DNA of 64,000 nucleotides from Selaginella moellendorffii (taxonomy: Eukaryota > Plantae > Lycopodiophyta). The stretch spans positions 1,075,434 to 1,139,433 of the forward strand of contig NW_003314276.1 in the NCBI RefSeq assembly GCF_000143415.4, read 5' to 3'. Shown in pieces: positions 62,018 to 64,000 of the stretch. The position numbers were made by a program, and so were the translations under genes. The notes beneath the pieces are model-generated. The model ran no database searches. It was given only the letters and a program-made list of their open reading frames with translations, and was not told where the DNA came from. Numbering within the stretch: the first letter of the stretch is position 1; every line of letters starts with the position of its first letter.

Positions 62018-63148
62018 AGCACTTCTCGAGCTGCCCGGACAAACCCTACGTGCGCATTCTCGGCTGGGAACAGAAAATCCGTGAAATTCTGGATCCCGAT
62101 GGAGCTGCCAATCGGGGAGGGAAGAATTTCGAGCGAAATGGATCTAGAGCCCCGATCTTGACGAGAAACTGGCCGAATTCCTAGATTTTCCTGGCGGCAT
62201 CGATCAAATACCCCACCTGGCCATCGCCGCGACAAGATTTGAGACGACGCGCCAACGCTCCAAGACGCCGATGGGGATCTAATAATCCAGCCCTCACAAG
62301 AAAACTCCTCTCTTTCTCCTCCTAGCCCAAGAGAGAATATTCAGTCAGTGAAAATGGGTATATTCACCGCCGTTCAGTTCATGCATGTCTTGGCCACCGG
62401 CACCAGGCAGTCATCCGGTAAATCACCTTGTCTATTCACCGTTTTACCAGCGCTCGATCTTATCCACATACCGGCTGCCGCCGGTGTTTTGCGGCCAGCT
62501 CCGAGTCTCCGCCATGTGGCTCATTGGCCACTGTACATACGATTAAAAGATAATGGCGTGGTTGGTACATGGTTTCCAAAGGATATGAATGTTCCAAATG
62601 ATTTTCTTGCGCCATACTCCATGCCCGATGGCCACATTTTCCGTGCGTACGGAGATTTGACCAGCGTTTACTTTCCATTCCAGTGGAGAAATCTCCGCCT
62701 CGAGCTGCTGGCCGTCGGATGCGCTCCTCCCATCGTGGCCGCCCACATCGTCACAATAAAATTAGTGTGGAACCAAAGAAGGGTTCCGCCATAGCCGATC
62801 GGGGAGGAGGACAAGGGCGCCGCGCCGATGCTCGTCGCCGCCACTGCCGCTGCCGCCGCGCCGATCTCGATCTCCACCGCCTCGCCGCCGCCGCTGCCGC
62901 CGCCGCTGGAGCACAGGATTTCACAGCCGGAGCAATCCCCGGATCGATCATGTTCTCCCCGGAGCGGCAGCAGCAGCGGCAGCAGTGAATCGAGGGAAAT
63001 CTCACGAGCACAGGCAAGTGTGTGGGCTTTGCGACTGCTAGATGCGTAGGCCGGTGGCGCGAGGAAGGGAAATCTCGAGCAAGAAGGGGTTTTTGGGCAG
63101 CACATCCTAAAGAAGGGTTTTTGCTTGCTACCACCAGGCAGTCCAGAC

Positions 63149-64000
63149 ATGGTCAACATAAAGCTCAAGCAATTAATTCGCAAGCCGTCGTCCAGGAATG
63201 ATAGCAGCATTGAGTCCTCGATTGGCGCTCCAGCTCCTCATCCAGGCGGCATAATGCCGGGCTCTACCAGTGTTCCTTCCAATCCTGGCTCTCGATCTTC
63301 GTCTTCCTCCTCCGGGCCGGTGAATGGGCTCCTCCCACTGACCAACTTTGAGCCGCTGCCGCTCTTCCGCGACGTTCCCAGCTCCGAGAAGCAATCGCTC
63401 TTCGTCAAGAAGCTACATTTGTGCTGCTGCGTGTTCGATTTCACTGACCCCTCCAAGCACACGCGAGAAAAGGAGATCAAGCGGCAGACACTCCTGGAGC
63501 TCGTCGACTACGTCACCTCGGGGTCGGGCAAGTTCACCGAGAACGTCCTCGAGGACATGACCAAGATGGTGTCGGCCAACTTGTTCCGGAGCCTGCCACC
63601 CTCGTCCCGCGAGAACAGTGCCGTGTCCGAGAGCTTTGACGAGGACGAGGAGCCGGTCATGGACCCGGCATGGCCGCATTTGCAGATCGTCTACGAGTTC
63701 TTACTCCGCCTGGTGGTGTCCACCGAGACCGACGCCAAGGTCGCCAAGCGCTACATCGACCACTTCTTCGTGCTGCGGCTGCTGGATCTCTTCGACTCGG
63801 AGGACCCCCGAGAGAGAGAGTACCTCAAGACCATCTTGCATCGGATCTACGGCAAGTTCATGGTCCACCGCCCCTTCATCCGCAAGGCCATCAACAACAT
63901 CTTCTACCGGTTCATCTTCGAGACGGAGAAGCACAACGGCATCGCGGAGATGCTGGAGATCCTGGGCAGCATCATCAACGGGTTCGCGCTGCCGCTCAAG
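63149..64000 (+). CDS. PP2A regulatory subunit B' (B56), runs off the window
   Basis: [62 protein letters not shown] and [17 protein letters not shown]-like end. Confidence 0.95.
   Translation, partial: MVNIKLKQLIRKPSSRNDSSIESSIGAPAPHPGGIMPGSTSVPSNPGSRSSSSSSGPVNGLLPLTNFEPLPLFRDVPSSEKQSLFVKKLHLCCCVFDFTDPSKHTREKEIKRQTLLELVDYVTSGSGKFTENVLEDMTKMVSANLFRSLPPSSRENSAVSESFDEDEEPVMDPAWPHLQIVYEFLLRLVVSTETDAKVAKRYIDHFFVLRLLDLFDSEDPREREYLKTILHRIYGKFMVHRPFIRKAINNIFYRFIFETEKHNGIAEMLEILGSIINGFALPLK

Noticed and set aside
62348-62794. 148-aa ORF between ClpX and PP2A B'
   Set aside because: No recognisable motif or splice structure; it lies in a divergent promoter/UTR region.

Overview
Eukaryotic plant nuclear DNA. 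Very short introns (about 45-110 bp), compact gene spacing and the PLS-type PPR style suggest a lycophyte such as Selaginella (inference). The left half (1-35 kb) is an unstable accessory region. It holds NB-ARC and F-box pseudogenes, three nested Ty1/copia elements with very short LTRs, and a shuffled, segmentally duplicated array with seven disabled copies of an NQR/HPGD-like SDR gene. Also in this half are O-fucosyltransferase and GDSL pseudogenes, PPR fragments, a 210-bp B-box repeat, one intact UDP-glycosyltransferase, and an intact 4-exon PsaN-like gene that the ORF track misses. The right half (36-64 kb) is gene-dense: PLS-E PPR, TSSC4-like, MED26-like, two convergent GASA/Snakin genes, two tandem PLATZ factors, RPS24, a divergent signal-peptide-bearing PEBP (FT/TFL1/MFT-fold) gene, starch synthase 4, ClpX and the start of a PP2A B' subunit. 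The most notable observations are the apparently secreted PEBP with a rewritten anion-binding pocket, and the clusters of P1BS (PHR1-binding) sites upstream of both GASA genes. All family assignments are by motif recognition from memory; no database search was run.
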